Counted from the first letter of the stretch, positions 1-11,450 are shown. The stretch: DNA of 64,000 bases from Nitrospirota bacterium (GCA_963737155.1 CAVTRN010000002.1:1664001-1728000); one strand, 5' to 3'. The notes: generated by a model not told the origin, from the sequence alone. A program made the numbers and translations.

Positions 1-282
1 AGGCAGCCATTGCCAAGAGTGTAGCGGCACGGAAATTTTCATTATTCAAGTGGCTATGAACGGCGACCCTGTATAGTCTCCCTCTCATTAATTGCAAAAG
101 AAGTTATGGGACGTATCAACCCATTGTTCCGTGCCAAGAGCCTCTTTTGGTAACCTTTCTTTATGTCATTATCCTAACATTTAAATTTTGAAAAACATAA
201 TATAGTTATTCAAAAGTAGTAATATCTGCTTGACAATTCCCAATTCTTTATGATACGGTTACCGCTTGAAATTGGAGGAAAC

Positions 283-900
283 ATGCGGGGTTTGAAATCA
301 AGAAATACTACTAAGAAAAAAGAATATGTTACCTTTATGTTCCTGCCCGGTCCTAATGCCCGCGTAAGGACGCTGAATGTTTCCAAAGCAGTGATCAAAA
401 CCGTTATGCTCTCTCTAGCCGGATTACTCGTCCTTTCAGTTTATCTTATTTATGAATATAATAACGTACAAGAGAAAGCATCGGAACTGCAGTCCATGCG
501 CGAGGAAATTATGCAGCAGAAAGCCCAGGTCCAGAACTTCGTTCTCAACCTGATCGATTATAAACGCCAGATGTCCCTAATCCGCGCTCTGGACACAAAG
601 CTGCGGCAGGCCGAAAGTCTCGTGCCCGGCCACAAGGCACAGTTGTTCCTCGGGATTGGCGGCCCGGATGAACTCGGGCACAAGAATCCATCCACAATCG
701 GGGAACAGAAACAGGATGAGGCGCCCAAGGAAACGCATCAGGAATTGAATCACGTCCATCCAGATGGCGGCATCAAAGCAGGAGGCGAGCCTACAGACCT
801 TGATTGAATATACTGTTTGACAAGTGCTCCCTCTAGGCCTCGACTTCCGCAATCTGGGTTCGCGGATGGGTCGTATCCCGTCCGGCTGGAACGCTTTACT
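283..900 (+). pseudogene. Truncated M23-family (murein endopeptidase-like) gene: N-terminal TM/coiled-coil part only
   Basis: The ORF has a TM segment, a coiled coil and the GIGGP motif typical of M23 peptidase N-termini, and stops at 807. An out-of-frame remnant 'TSAIWVRGWVVS' (~844-880) resembles PSIWPVRGWVTS. No HxxxD/HxH catalytic domain follows. Confidence 0.55.
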
Positions 901-1315
901 AAATCAGGCAGGGGATGAGTTGCCATACCTAACGCAAACATCCGTTTCGAGTACCTCGTTGGTAAGGCCATCCTTCTATACGATTCGATGAGTACGACTT
1001 CTGAGCCTCGTCAGGTTCTGCCTGTTCCTCGGGCTCTCTGGGGTCGTGCCATGGTGATGCCATTTACCGCCATCCACGGCTCTATCTGTTTCTCGCTCAG
1101 TCGCTATACGGAGAGGCGCCGAGATCGACCGGAGCATAAAACTTCCGATGGGCATCGTCGACCAATTGCGACAACTGTAGCCCTACGGCGTTGCTAATAT
1201 TTCTGGTAAGACCTGCGGTTGACGGTTTTGAGCACAAAAAAAGAGCAGTCCGGCTTGGTCATTCTCCGCTGCCCAACAAACTCGTAATGCGCCCCTCCTC
1301 AGGAGCAATTACACT

Positions 1316-1498
1316 TTATCCCCTCATTTTTTTCGCTTCCGCCCTGTCATCATCGTTCTCGGTCATGGGCTTTCTTGAATCCCCTTATACGTTTACCATG
1401 CCCTTCGTCGATCTCCGGCAGCTTACCCGAACCGAAGATGACAAGCATGATCACTAGGATAAGCAGCAGATGCATTGGCTGAAAAAGACTCTTCCCAT
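1316..1498 (-). pseudogene. tatA: Frameshifted tatA paralog
   Basis: The minus strand reads SLFQPMHLLLILVIMLVIFGSGKLPEIDEGHGKRIRGFKKA, closely similar to the intact TatA at 3094-3285, but it is out of frame with its ATG. Confidence 0.7.
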
Positions 1499-1522
1499 TT
1501 TATGTCTTCCCTTTTGTTAAAG

Positions 1523-1726
1523 CTACTTTTTGGTTTCACCTGAAGACGAGGACTTTTTTTTCAATGACATAAGGACGAACAATATGATGAAAAATATCCA
1601 GACAATTTTCAAGGTTAAAAGGGTGAACGACAAGTAGATAAATTGTTTTATCGACTTTAACGCTAGCCCTGCGATAAGAATCAGGCCAAAGATTAATAGT
1701 ATTTTATTAGATTTCATGGCGATCAA
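1523..1726 (-). CDS. Small two-TM membrane protein, hypothetical
   Basis: 67-aa ORF with two hydrophobic segments and a basic tail. Confidence 0.45.
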   Translation of the reverse strand: MIAMKSNKILLIFGLILIAGLALKSIKQFIYLSFTLLTLKIVWIFFIILFVLMSLKKKSSSSGETKK

Positions 1727-2040
1727 GGAAGCGGATACACTCTAAATCATTTTCGGGCGTTCCGCAATCTATTTTTTGTCATGAGGTGAGTCACGTATAC
1801 TTTTGCATGAAGTCTAGAGCAGAAAGCATATTTTAGACAGGACGGAGAGCCCATTTATCTGTTATATGTCTCAGCTTGGCCTTATCGGACAGATGCGTGA
1901 CTACATCATGAAATTGCTCAATACCAATAGATTTGCTATAATAATAATGGCGCAGATACTTGGAGTGTTCGTCTTCCTTAAGTCCGTGTGGAAGGGATAT
2001 CAAGAAAAAAAAATGCACTTCACCGCAGGAGTCTGAGCGT

Positions 2041-2895
2041 ATGGGGAAATATAAAAGAATTTTGGTGGCCATCGATAGATCGGAGTCGGGTAAAAACGCG
2101 CTTCATCAAGCTTTCAATTTGGCCAATGAAGAGAAATGCTGGATAACGGTCACATCGGTGGTCCCTCCCTTTGAAGGGGAGACTGTGGGCCTTGGCGTCA
2201 AGGACATAAAGGCGGCTCTAAGAAAACCCTGTGATGACGCCCTAGCGGAAGTAAACAAGATCGTAAAAAACGAGCATACGTTTGTGAAAACTGTATGCGA
2301 GGAAGGCGATGTCTACGAACGGATCGTGGACCTTGCTGATGCCGAAAATTGCGATGTCATAGTCATGGGACGTCATGGCCGTCGAAAAATCGAGCGTATG
2401 CTGATGGGGAATGTTACGGCAAGGGTCATCGGCCATTTCCAGCGGGATGTATTCGTGGTCCCCAACGGGACTGCCATCGGGTGGAAGATCATCATCTTAG
2501 CGACTGATGGTTCAAAATACAGCGCTGCTGCGGCAAAACGGGCGATTTCGCTTGCAAAATCTTATGGAGGAGTGCTGAAAGTTCTCTCGGTCGTGGACGT
2601 CACGTCGGAGTTCTATGACGAGGCGCCACAGGCTGTGGATAGTCTCGTACAGCAGGCCAAAGGGTATGTGTCTGATGTAAAAAAACAGGCCGAGGATGCT
2701 GGAGTGAATGCTGACACATTTATCCGAGAAGACGAGGTTTATCTGGCAATCAACAACCTTGCCCAAGAGGAGAAGGCCAATATCATTATCATGGCTTCAC
2801 ACGGGAGGACCGGTCTCCGCCGTCTGCTGATGGGGAGCGTGACGGAAATGGTTATCGGACATTCTTTCTGCCCTGTACTCGTGGTGAAATCGTAA
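2041..2895 (+). CDS. Universal stress protein (tandem USP domains)
   Basis: Two USP domains (YKRILVAID...DVIVMGRHG...LMGNV; IILATDGS...MASHGRTG...GSVTE...CPVLVV). Probable start is the ATG at 2041. Confidence 0.93.
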   Translation: MGKYKRILVAIDRSESGKNALHQAFNLANEEKCWITVTSVVPPFEGETVGLGVKDIKAALRKPCDDALAEVNKIVKNEHTFVKTVCEEGDVYERIVDLADAENCDVIVMGRHGRRKIERMLMGNVTARVIGHFQRDVFVVPNGTAIGWKIIILATDGSKYSAAAAKRAISLAKSYGGVLKVLSVVDVTSEFYDEAPQAVDSLVQQAKGYVSDVKKQAEDAGVNADTFIREDEVYLAINNLAQEEKANIIIMASHGRTGLRRLLMGSVTEMVIGHSFCPVLVVKS

Positions 2896-3038
2896 CCTCG
2901 GTAAAGGAGAGTATAATAGGTGCATTCGAGGATAATTTAACGTGCATGAGTGATTTACCGAGCTGCAGTTAATCAGCACAAGCCTCCTTATCTTTCGCGA
3001 TCTGGATGCCGCTTATCAACGCGGCCGATAATTATAAA

Positions 3039-3067
3039 TTGACAGCATGCTTTCAGGCCGGTATAAT
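3039..3067 (+). promoter_or_regulatory. Consensus sigma70 promoter upstream of tatA
   Basis: TTGACA (3039-3044), 17 bp, TATAAT (3062-3067), followed by an AAGGAGG RBS. Confidence 0.8.
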
Positions 3068-3093
3068 ATGGCATAATAAGGAGGATGTGCCCA

Positions 3094-3285
3094 ATGTTTG
3101 AAGGTCTGTTCCAACCACTACACTTGATTTTGATTTTGCTGATCGTACTCATTATTTTCGGGCCTGGAAAACTGCCCGAATTGGGAGAAGGGCTCGGTAA
3201 GAGCATCAAAGCCTTTAAAAAGGCTATGAATGAAGATCAGACGCAAAAACCGAAGATAGAGCATAAAGAAGAAAAAAAAGCATAG
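3094..3285 (+). CDS. tatA: Twin-arginine translocase subunit TatA/TatE
   Basis: N-terminal [12 protein letters not shown] hinge and amphipathic helix [11 protein letters not shown]. Confidence 0.93.
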   Translation: MFEGLFQPLHLILILLIVLIIFGPGKLPELGEGLGKSIKAFKKAMNEDQTQKPKIEHKEEKKA

Positions 3286-3638
3286 TTTTCCGGGTAGACT
3301 TAACTTCATAGCACAACGACGACGTTTGTACGGTTTAGGATCAAAACCTAAACCGTTTTTTATTTGATTTGGCTCATCTTGCTTTTTTATCACCGTACTG
3401 CATTATTCTTGTGCAGTGCCGCACGGAAAGTGGGTCTTCGAGGATTATCTGCGGCCTAATTTAATTTTGTATTCTAATGCGGTTTATTGCGTCATTAAAT
3501 AAAGGAATTCCAATAGATAGTGCTGCATAGGTTTAATATTAGGCAAGAATTAGAGAAAACATGGTACAATAGTATCAAGGTGCAATGTCCATGTCATGGT
3601 TTTGAATTTCAATCTACTTGACGAAGCTGCAACATCAA

Positions 3639-4805
3639 TTAAAGCAACGGTGCTTTTTTTTCTTCGATAGCCGGCTGCGGCTCGGTTCCGCTCAATGAAT
3701 GGAGACGTTCGTCGAACTTCTCGAGTCTCTTGTCTGCGTCATCGTATTTTGTTTTCACGTTTGTCAGGTGTTTGCCTACCAGCTCGAAATCCAATTTAAA
3801 CTTATCGAAATCTCCTGAAAGCCTGGCGAGACTTTTCAGGATTTCCTGCGCCTGTTCCTCGATATGCAGTCCTTTCAGACCCAATAAAATGGTTTGGAGG
3901 TAGGCGTAAAAACTGTTGGGCGATACGGGGATTACCCTTTTCGTAAAGGCGTAATTAAGCAGGCCCCTGTCTGAGTCGATTGCTTCGTCCTTGATAATGA
4001 GCTCGTAATACACGTTTTCTGCCGGAATGTACATGAGCGCGAAGTCAAAGGTGCCTTCATCGGGAAGAATATACTTTCCGGCTATAGCATCGATATGTTT
4101 CTTCACATCGCCGATGAATTTTTTCCTTGCAATCCTGTGTTCTTCTTCAGTAGCCGTCTCAACAACGCGCTTGAAATTTTCGAGCGGAAATTTGGCATCC
4201 ACGGGAACAAGGCTGCTGCCGAGCTTGATGACCGCGTCCACGGCTTCTCCGCTCTTGAACCGGTGCTGGAGGGCATAATGCGAAAGTGGGAATATCTGAG
4301 ACAGAAGGTCACCCAGAAACAGCTCGCCTAGGCCGCCCCTGAGTTTTGGCGAACGAAGGATCTCCTGGAGGCTAGCAATGTCTTTGCCTACGAGGAAGAC
4401 TTTTTGGGTCGCCTCTCCCAGACTGCCGAGGCCTTTGCTGACTTCCTGTACTACACGCGCCGCATTGTCGAGCCGGCTGTTTAGATCGCCGGTGGACTTC
4501 TGGAGCTGTTCCGTCACTTGGCCGAGACGGGTATTCATCTGCGACGCTACTTGGCCGAGCTGGGCATTCACAAGATTCGTGACCTGGCCTAGTTGGGTGC
4601 TTAATTGATTCGAGAACAGTCCCAGTTGCTGATTTACGGTCTCTTGGTTTCGCTGCATGGCTTCGGTGAGCTGACCGCGCAGTGACAGGACTTCCTGCTG
4701 AAGCAGACTGACGGTCGGATCGACCGTTTTTTTCTGCGACTGTAGAAAGAGCCAGAGGAGGATGAGGATGAAGGCAGATAAAAGTATGGGGATTACAGTG
4801 GTCAT
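3639..4805 (-). CDS. rmuC: DNA recombination protein RmuC
   Basis: N-terminal TM and coiled coil, with RGGLGE, VDAKFP, KYI...TFDFALMYIPAE and VSPN motifs. Confidence 0.93.
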   Translation of the reverse strand: MTTVIPILLSAFILILLWLFLQSQKKTVDPTVSLLQQEVLSLRGQLTEAMQRNQETVNQQLGLFSNQLSTQLGQVTNLVNAQLGQVASQMNTRLGQVTEQLQKSTGDLNSRLDNAARVVQEVSKGLGSLGEATQKVFLVGKDIASLQEILRSPKLRGGLGELFLGDLLSQIFPLSHYALQHRFKSGEAVDAVIKLGSSLVPVDAKFPLENFKRVVETATEEEHRIARKKFIGDVKKHIDAIAGKYILPDEGTFDFALMYIPAENVYYELIIKDEAIDSDRGLLNYAFTKRVIPVSPNSFYAYLQTILLGLKGLHIEEQAQEILKSLARLSGDFDKFKLDFELVGKHLTNVKTKYDDADKRLEKFDERLHSLSGTEPQPAIEEKKAPLL

Positions 4806-4901
4806 AAAAAAGTTCAGATTTCATGTTTCAGAATATCAAGATAAGCAACGACATCTTGTGGCTCTCTTTTACTTTGAGTTCTTTCCGGTGAATTTGAACG
4901 G

Positions 4902-5897
4902 TTACTTGATCTCCAGCATTCTGTCCAGCGCCCGTTTGGCTTTGACGCGGATTTCCTCGGGAACCTTGATAACGTACTGCATCTTCTCCAGAGCCGTGAG
5001 CACACTTGTGAGACTGGTGCGTTTCATGTTCGGACAGACCATTTCTTTGTTCAGGATGTAGAATTTTTTAGCGGGACTTTCTTTTTGCAGACGATGGAGG
5101 ATGCCTTCCTCGGTTCCGATGATGAATTCCTTATGGTTCGATTCCTTGCAGAAGTGGAGCATACCGGAGGTGCTCGCGATTTGGTCAGACATGTCCTGGA
5201 CTTCGGGTGGGCATTCAGGATGGACAACAAGAACAGCGTCAGGATGATCCGTTTTAGCTTTTTTCACGTCATCCACATCGAGGTGCGCATGGTGCACGTT
5301 GCAGAAACCATCCCAGGAAATGATGTTCTTTTTCGTCCGCTTCGCCGCGTAGGAGGAGAGGTTTCGGTCGGGGATGCAGATTACCGTATCATCCTTGAGC
5401 GATTCCACAACCTTGACAACATTCGATGAAGTACAGCAGATGTCGCTCTCCGCTTTCACGGCAGCCGAGGTGTTCACATAGGCGACAACGGGGACTCCAG
5501 GATATTTTTTTTTCATGTCGAGGAGCGTGAATTCGTCGCCAAATTCGAAAGTAATGCCGAGAACGTCGGTATAGAGTTCGCGTTTCGTCTTCCTTGGGCC
5601 GTTGACCGTGACCATGTCCGCCATTGGGCAGCCTGCGCTAATCTCAGGCAGCAGCACGGTTTTATCCGGCGACAGGATGGAGGCGCTCTCGGCCATGAAA
5701 TGGACGCCACAGAATACGATTACCTCGTAGTCCGTATTTGCAGCGGCACGGGAAAGTTCGAGCGAGTCGCCGGTGATGTCGGCGACGTCCTGTACCTCGG
5801 GACGCTGATAATTGTGGGCGAGAATAATGGCGTTCAGGTTTTTTTTTAGCGTATAGATTTTATCGCGAAGGGCGTTGATATCGATTTTCTCGGTCAT
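4902..5897 (-). CDS. nadA: Quinolinate synthase
   Basis: [37 protein letters not shown] and CPNMK motifs. Probable start is the ATG at 5897. Confidence 0.97.
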   Translation of the reverse strand: MTEKIDINALRDKIYTLKKNLNAIILAHNYQRPEVQDVADITGDSLELSRAAANTDYEVIVFCGVHFMAESASILSPDKTVLLPEISAGCPMADMVTVNGPRKTKRELYTDVLGITFEFGDEFTLLDMKKKYPGVPVVAYVNTSAAVKAESDICCTSSNVVKVVESLKDDTVICIPDRNLSSYAAKRTKKNIISWDGFCNVHHAHLDVDDVKKAKTDHPDAVLVVHPECPPEVQDMSDQIASTSGMLHFCKESNHKEFIIGTEEGILHRLQKESPAKKFYILNKEMVCPNMKRTSLTSVLTALEKMQYVIKVPEEIRVKAKRALDRMLEIK

Positions 5898-6074
5898 AGG
5901 TATGTGATAATACAGATAATCGCTGCTGGTTGTCAAATGGAAAGTGCGCATGTAGAGGCTCAGGTGCGGGGAACAGAAAAATAAAAGGCTGCAAGATGAT
6001 AGTTTCCTGCGCCGCAACGCGGTTCTCCGGCTTTTCTATTGCGCGGGCCGTTGATTTCGGGTATTCTACCCCCC

Positions 6075-6977
6075 ATGGAAGAGAATAAAAAATTCAAGTC
6101 AGGGTTCATTTCCATTATCGGCAGGCCGAACGTGGGGAAATCTACACTGCTCAATGCCCTTCTGGGCGAAAAAATAGCCATTATTTCCGACAAGCCGCAG
6201 ACCACACGTAACCGGATTCTCGGTATTGTAAACCAGCCCGGAGCTCAGATAGTGTTCATGGACACGCCGGGCATCCATAAACCTATGCACAAGATGAATG
6301 AGTTCATGGTGAACACGGCGCTTAGAACCTATAATGAAGTGGATGTTATTCTCATGCTCGTTGAAGCGATGGAACAGCCTGGAGGCGGGGATAGGTTCAT
6401 CATCGAAACGCTCCAGAAAGTGAAGACGCCGGTGTTTCTGATCATCAACAAAGTCGATCTGGTTAATAAAGAGGCCTTGCTGCCGCTTATGCAGGAATGT
6501 AGCAAACTATACCGTTTCGCGGAGATCATTCCCATCTCAGCGCTTCAGAACGACCTCGGCGGCCTTATCGAGGCAATTACCAAAAGGCTACCTCAGGGCC
6601 CGCAATATTTCCCCGATGACCAGCTCACGGACCAGCCGGAGCGCTTTATCGTCTCCGAAATCGTACGCGAGAAAATTTTCGAACTCACGAAGGATGAAAT
6701 CCCCTATTCTACTGCTGTGGTTATAGAGGAGATGAAGGAAGATCCCGACATCACGCGCATTCATGCCGTTATTTACGTGGAGCGGGATTCTCAGAAGGGG
6801 ATCCTGATCGGCAAGGGCGGGGCCATGCTGAAGCAGATCGGCACCCTAGCCCGTCAGGATGCTGAAAAGCTGCTCGGAACTAAAATCTTTCTAAAGCTCT
6901 ACGTCAAGGTAAAAAAGGGTTGGCGGGAGGATGTAGGCATGCTTAAGGATATCGGCATTCTCCGGGAGGGAGATTAG
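6075..6977 (+). CDS. era: GTPase Era
   Basis: GRPNVGKS, QTTR, DTPG and NKVD motifs, plus a C-terminal KH domain (IGKGG). Confidence 0.97.
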   Translation: MEENKKFKSGFISIIGRPNVGKSTLLNALLGEKIAIISDKPQTTRNRILGIVNQPGAQIVFMDTPGIHKPMHKMNEFMVNTALRTYNEVDVILMLVEAMEQPGGGDRFIIETLQKVKTPVFLIINKVDLVNKEALLPLMQECSKLYRFAEIIPISALQNDLGGLIEAITKRLPQGPQYFPDDQLTDQPERFIVSEIVREKIFELTKDEIPYSTAVVIEEMKEDPDITRIHAVIYVERDSQKGILIGKGGAMLKQIGTLARQDAEKLLGTKIFLKLYVKVKKGWREDVGMLKDIGILREGD

Positions 6978-6980
6978 CAA

Positions 6981-7601
6981 ATGCATGAACTGATCAACTG
7001 GCTGGTATTGACTATCGGCGCACTGGGGTATCCTGGCATCTTTCTTCTCATGGCCATGGAAAGTTCTGTCATTCCTCTCCCCAGCGAACTCGTCATGCCG
7101 CCTGCAGGCTACCTTGCCCAGCAGGGCCAGATGAACATGGCAATCGTGATCCTATGCGGAACAGCAGGGAGTCTTGCGGGAGCCTATCTTAACTATTTTG
7201 CGGCGCATTATCTGGGCAAGCCGCTTATCCTCAAGTACGGAAAGTATGTATGGATTACAGATGAGAAGTTCGCCAAAGTGGAGCACTATTTCAAGGACCA
7301 CGGCGAGATATCTATCTTCATCGGCAGGCTTCTGCCTGTGGTGCGGCATCTCATCTCGTTGCCTGCAGGACTCGCAGGCATGACTCAACTCAAATTTTCG
7401 GTTTATACCGTGTTTGGCGCAGGACTTTGGGTAGCGATCCTGTCGTATATTGGATATTTCATCGGTGCGAACCGTGATCTGATCATGAAATACTCTCACC
7501 AGGCATTGATCGGCGTTGTTACGGGGAGTATCGTCATTGTCTATTTCTATATCAAAGCGCATAAAAAAAAGAGAGCTTTAAACACGGATATTCCAAGGTA
7601 A
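6981..7601 (+). CDS. DedA family membrane protein
   Basis: ESSVIPLPSE and GRLLPVVRHLISLPAG motifs. Confidence 0.92.
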   Translation: MHELINWLVLTIGALGYPGIFLLMAMESSVIPLPSELVMPPAGYLAQQGQMNMAIVILCGTAGSLAGAYLNYFAAHYLGKPLILKYGKYVWITDEKFAKVEHYFKDHGEISIFIGRLLPVVRHLISLPAGLAGMTQLKFSVYTVFGAGLWVAILSYIGYFIGANRDLIMKYSHQALIGVVTGSIVIVYFYIKAHKKKRALNTDIPR

Positions 7602-7619
7602 ATGCTGGGCCCTTCAAAA

Positions 7620-8463
7620 AAATAAGTCTTCCCCGGAATTTGCCGAAAAAGCGGTTGTGGTTTGTCCACCTTGTCTACAAAACAATCCTCATGAAATAAA
7701 AAGAATTGGGGAAACAATGGCTCTCGATGGGATAAAGCATCCTTCCACCACAGCTTGCACGGATGGGGATACGTCCCTTTGTTCAGGTAGTGAGGTGGCT
7801 ACTTTTGGGTGGCGCTTTGACAAGCAAAAGTCAAAGACCACCAAGAGCAGATACCGAAAAGTACACAATATTACCAAGAACAGTTCCCTATGTGGACCCC
7901 TTCGCTTCATAGCTTTGCCTGATTTCCTGTTTGCGAGTAAATGCTTGCTATGTCTCCACAATCGACGTGAGAGACCCCAGAGACATGAGGGCAAAGACTG
8001 GGGTGACAGACAGAAATAGAGGGAAACAGCAAATTCACTATTGGCAGCTCGAGCGGATCATCAAGATGCTCTTGTTCAGACTCAAAGGCATTCACATTCT
8101 GAAAATTGACGAGAACTGCACGAGCCAGACCTATTGCAAGTATAATACAAGACAAAAGTTCGGCCGTGTGCATCGCGATCGTTACATATGCAAACAATTC
8201 GGCACTGCAATCAAAGCTGACGTGAAGGGCACAATAATAAATATCTCCCGGGGCAAATAAGTGTTTCCTGGCGCAGTGGCTGCTTGGCACAGCCAGCTGT
8301 CAACCGGTTTGCCTACGGAGAAAAACAAGTCTTCAATGTCAGCTCATAAACCGAGGATTTGACAAACATCCCTGACACCTCTGCGAACAGGATCAGCGGC
8401 GAATCTCGCGGGGGGAAAGCCTGATTTGGGGAATCTCCGGCCTTCGGGCCGGCGAGATGTCAA
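7620..8463 (+). mobile_element. tnpB: Decayed IS200/IS605-family element (tnpB pseudogene, right end retained)
   Basis: Fragmented TnpB pieces (ALDGIKHP...CTDG; KIDENCTSQT...YICKQFG...ADVKG). The right-end hairpin GAATCTCCGGCCTTCGGGCCGGCGAGATGTCAA ends at 8463. The left boundary is approximate. Confidence 0.7.
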
Positions 8464-8609
8464 TAAGCCGATCAGTTTCAACAGCCTACAGGGGGTGCAC
8501 GGTTCCCTGATGATGTAACGATTACCGGACCATAGGACACCCCCATCTCGATTGATGAGAGATACAGTTTGTTTTGAAACGAGTGCGCCGCTGGCCGGAC
8601 ACACAGTGA

Positions 8610-9374
8610 TTGAGATATACATTGAAATCAAAAACCGAAGCGATCATCATAAGCAGCATGAACCTGGGAGATGCCGACAAACTCGTCTCCTTTTTTTCCA
8701 TTGACCGCGGTATGCTCAAGGGCATCGCGAAAAATGCGAGAAAGTCTTTCAAACGATTCGGTGCGGGACTCGAGAGTTTCACCCTTGTACGGCTTCATCT
8801 GCACGAGCGGGAACACCAGGAGCTTGTCCGGATCGAGACATCGGAGATTCTCGAGCAGCACGTATCCATCGGCTGCGATCTGGGCCGTGCGGCGGCCGGA
8901 GCGGTTATGCTCGAACTGGTGCGTGAAATGTCGCCCCTGGGCGAGCGCAACTCTCCTGCTTTTCTGCTCCTCTCGCACGCCCTTTACCTGATGGACGAAG
9001 GAGAAGAACCGCTCTTTCTCCTTAGCGTTTTCATGGCCAAGTTCCTGTCGCTCCTCGGTTACCAGCCTAGGCTCGATTCGTGCCTCTCCTGCGGAACCCG
9101 GCCGAAAGGAGAGGTTCTGTTTCTCGGTGTAAAAGGAGGGATTCTTTGTCCGTCCTGTGTGGGCTCTTCAGGAGAACCGCAGATCCGGCTGTCTGCCGGC
9201 GCCGTGGGATTTTATTACCATGTGCTCAAGATGGATATGGAAAAGGTTTCCCGCCTGAAGCCGTCTCGCAACATTATTCAGGAGCTTGATCGCGCTTTCG
9301 CTGCTCATATCTTCCATATCCTCGGCAAACGCCTCAAGTCAACGTATTTCTTAAAGACAGTCTGTACCATATGA
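8610..9374 (+). CDS. recO: DNA repair protein RecO
   Basis: GDADKLVSFFS...IAKNARKSFKRFG OB domain, LGYQP and a CxxC...CxxC zinc finger. Lies close downstream of era. Confidence 0.93.
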   Translation: MRYTLKSKTEAIIISSMNLGDADKLVSFFSIDRGMLKGIAKNARKSFKRFGAGLESFTLVRLHLHEREHQELVRIETSEILEQHVSIGCDLGRAAAGAVMLELVREMSPLGERNSPAFLLLSHALYLMDEGEEPLFLLSVFMAKFLSLLGYQPRLDSCLSCGTRPKGEVLFLGVKGGILCPSCVGSSGEPQIRLSAGAVGFYYHVLKMDMEKVSRLKPSRNIIQELDRAFAAHIFHILGKRLKSTYFLKTVCTI

Positions 9375-9470
9375 GCGAACGATCTCTTCTAAAGAGGAAA
9401 ATTATTAAGGTCGAATGAAACTTTCTGGGATTTACGTCCAATGCGGCGGATAGATTAGCAGCAGAAAAAC

Positions 9471-11018
9471 TTAGTGTTGACGAGAGGACAGTTTCTTAGG
9501 GCGGCAAGCAACCAGCATGATCAACGTGAAAAAGACACAACAGTAGGAAAAAAGATCGCCATAGCGAGTGTAAAAAGACTTCTCCAAGCCCGGAAGAAGC
9601 CTGTGCGTCAGATACGCTTCTGCAAAGATATTCGAAGTCTCAAGAATCCTTCCCTGCGCATCGATGAATCCCGATATGCCTGTATTTGCCGCGCGCGCTA
9701 CAGGAACACGGTTTTCCACGGCACGGAAGACGGCCATTGAAAAGTGCTGATATGGGGCGGCGGTTTTACCGAACCAAGCATCATTTGTAATGGTTGTAAC
9801 GATTGATGCACCCCGATCCACGAATCTCCTTACAAGATCGGGGAAAATGATTTCGTAGCAAATGACGGTGCAAAGACTGGTTTCCTTTCGCTTGCCCAAT
9901 TCGCTGTACGGAACGGTCATCACCGTGTAGGTGCTGCCAGCTTCAGCATCGCCGACGGCCTGCGTTAGTTTATCAATGAAGAAGAAGATTTTTTTAAGCG
10001 GCACGTACTCACCGAAGGGAACAAGGTGAATTTTGCTGTATTCTGCAACCACCTGCCCCTCTCCTGACAGGAGAAATGCGGAATTCCGGCTGATGATATG
10101 ACGGTTCGATAAAATTTCATAGGTTGGGCTTCCAAATAGGAGTGGCACATTGTTCTGCTTCACGAAAGCTATGAGGTCATCCGTAAGAGGTTTGTCGTTA
10201 TCGAATGTCCCGCCGAAATAGAAGGGCAAGGCGGTTTCGGGCCAGATGACAAGGTCAGGGCGATGTTTGAGCGCTTCTAAGGTTAGTCGCTTGTATACGG
10301 CAATAACCTCTGACTGGTACGCTGGGTCCCACTTTTTGTCCTGCTCAATGTTCCCTTGTACTACCGAGATGTTGATGCCGTCGGATCGTTCCTTTGGCCG
10401 AAGCTTGACGAATCCGTATCCGAGCGTGAGAACCAATGCGAGAATTGAGATGACGATTGCGGGCCAGTTCTTCTTTTCCCCTATGAATTCCGCCACGGAT
10501 GTGTTCACCAACACGAGAAGAAATGATACGCCGTACACGCCGGTGATGTCGGCTATCTGAATTACCGGAAGCAGTCTGTACTGCGTGTATCCGAGCAACG
10601 CCCACGGAAAGCCGCTGAAGACGTATGTCCTAGCAAGTTCCAAAGCAGTCCAGATAAGCGGAACCGCGATGAAGAACAATCGCGGATTACCGTTTCTAAC
10701 GTGCACGGACGCTGCAGCGAAGAGCGCAGGGTAGAGTGCCAGGTAGGAACAAAGAAGAAGCGTGATCAGGGATGCCGGGATGAGCGGAATGCCGCCGTAA
10801 AAATAAATGGAATTGGTGACCCAATAGACCGTGCCGGCAAAATAAAAAATGCCTGTGATTCCGCCGAGCCAGAAACCGTTTTTTACGGTTTGTCCCCTCA
10901 GTGCGAGGAGCAGCGGGACAAGGGCAAACCATGCGGCAAAATGTAGATTGAGGGTAGAAAAGGACGCAGCCAGGAACAGTCCAGAAGCAGCCGCTAGAGC
11001 CGTGGCACGGAGGTTCAT
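9471..11018 (-). CDS. lnt: Apolipoprotein N-acyltransferase
   Basis: GFPW, VQGNI, WPE, KIHLVPFGEY, ICYE, TNDAWFG and RAVEN motifs. Confidence 0.97.
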   Translation of the reverse strand: MNLRATALAAASGLFLAASFSTLNLHFAAWFALVPLLLALRGQTVKNGFWLGGITGIFYFAGTVYWVTNSIYFYGGIPLIPASLITLLLCSYLALYPALFAAASVHVRNGNPRLFFIAVPLIWTALELARTYVFSGFPWALLGYTQYRLLPVIQIADITGVYGVSFLLVLVNTSVAEFIGEKKNWPAIVISILALVLTLGYGFVKLRPKERSDGINISVVQGNIEQDKKWDPAYQSEVIAVYKRLTLEALKHRPDLVIWPETALPFYFGGTFDNDKPLTDDLIAFVKQNNVPLLFGSPTYEILSNRHIISRNSAFLLSGEGQVVAEYSKIHLVPFGEYVPLKKIFFFIDKLTQAVGDAEAGSTYTVMTVPYSELGKRKETSLCTVICYEIIFPDLVRRFVDRGASIVTTITNDAWFGKTAAPYQHFSMAVFRAVENRVPVARAANTGISGFIDAQGRILETSNIFAEAYLTHRLLPGLEKSFYTRYGDLFSYCCVFFTLIMLVACRPKKLSSRQH

Positions 11019-11019
11019 T

Positions 11020-11424
11020 CTATTGCGCTGCCTTTTGCTCCTGCATCCACTTCAAGAGGCCTTCTTTCATGCTGTTGTTGATGCTCTGGTCGGCAGTGGA
11101 CAGAGAGAGCGGCGTGGGATTCTGAGACGGACGGGGTTTGTGCGGCACACTTTTCTGGGGTCTGGATGCCAATTTTGCTGGAGCCATACGGGACGGCGCC
11201 GGTTGACGTTTCTGCTCCTCCTGAACAGCAAGTGTAAGGGACGATACTGCATGACGGTAAAGTATCTCCCGCTTCTGCCCTTCAATGACAATCACATAGC
11301 TATCGAAAGCCTTTATCCTACCCGAAACGCGAATTTTATTCTGGAGTGTCACGGTTACGGGGGTCTGCTCTGTAAGGTATGTGTTCAACATTCGGTCGAG
11401 AAGATTTGTTTCCATGGCAGTCAC
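11020..11424 (-). CDS. Hfq-like RNA chaperone with a long C-terminal tail
   Basis: Sm-like PVTVTLQNKIRVSGRIKAFDSYVIVI...ILYRHAVSS (Hfq Sm2 YKHAIST-like). Confidence 0.8.
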   Translation of the reverse strand: MTAMETNLLDRMLNTYLTEQTPVTVTLQNKIRVSGRIKAFDSYVIVIEGQKREILYRHAVSSLTLAVQEEQKRQPAPSRMAPAKLASRPQKSVPHKPRPSQNPTPLSLSTADQSINNSMKEGLLKWMQEQKAAQ

Positions 11425-11450
11425 CTCTGGATCTGAAAAATGTTCCGGTT

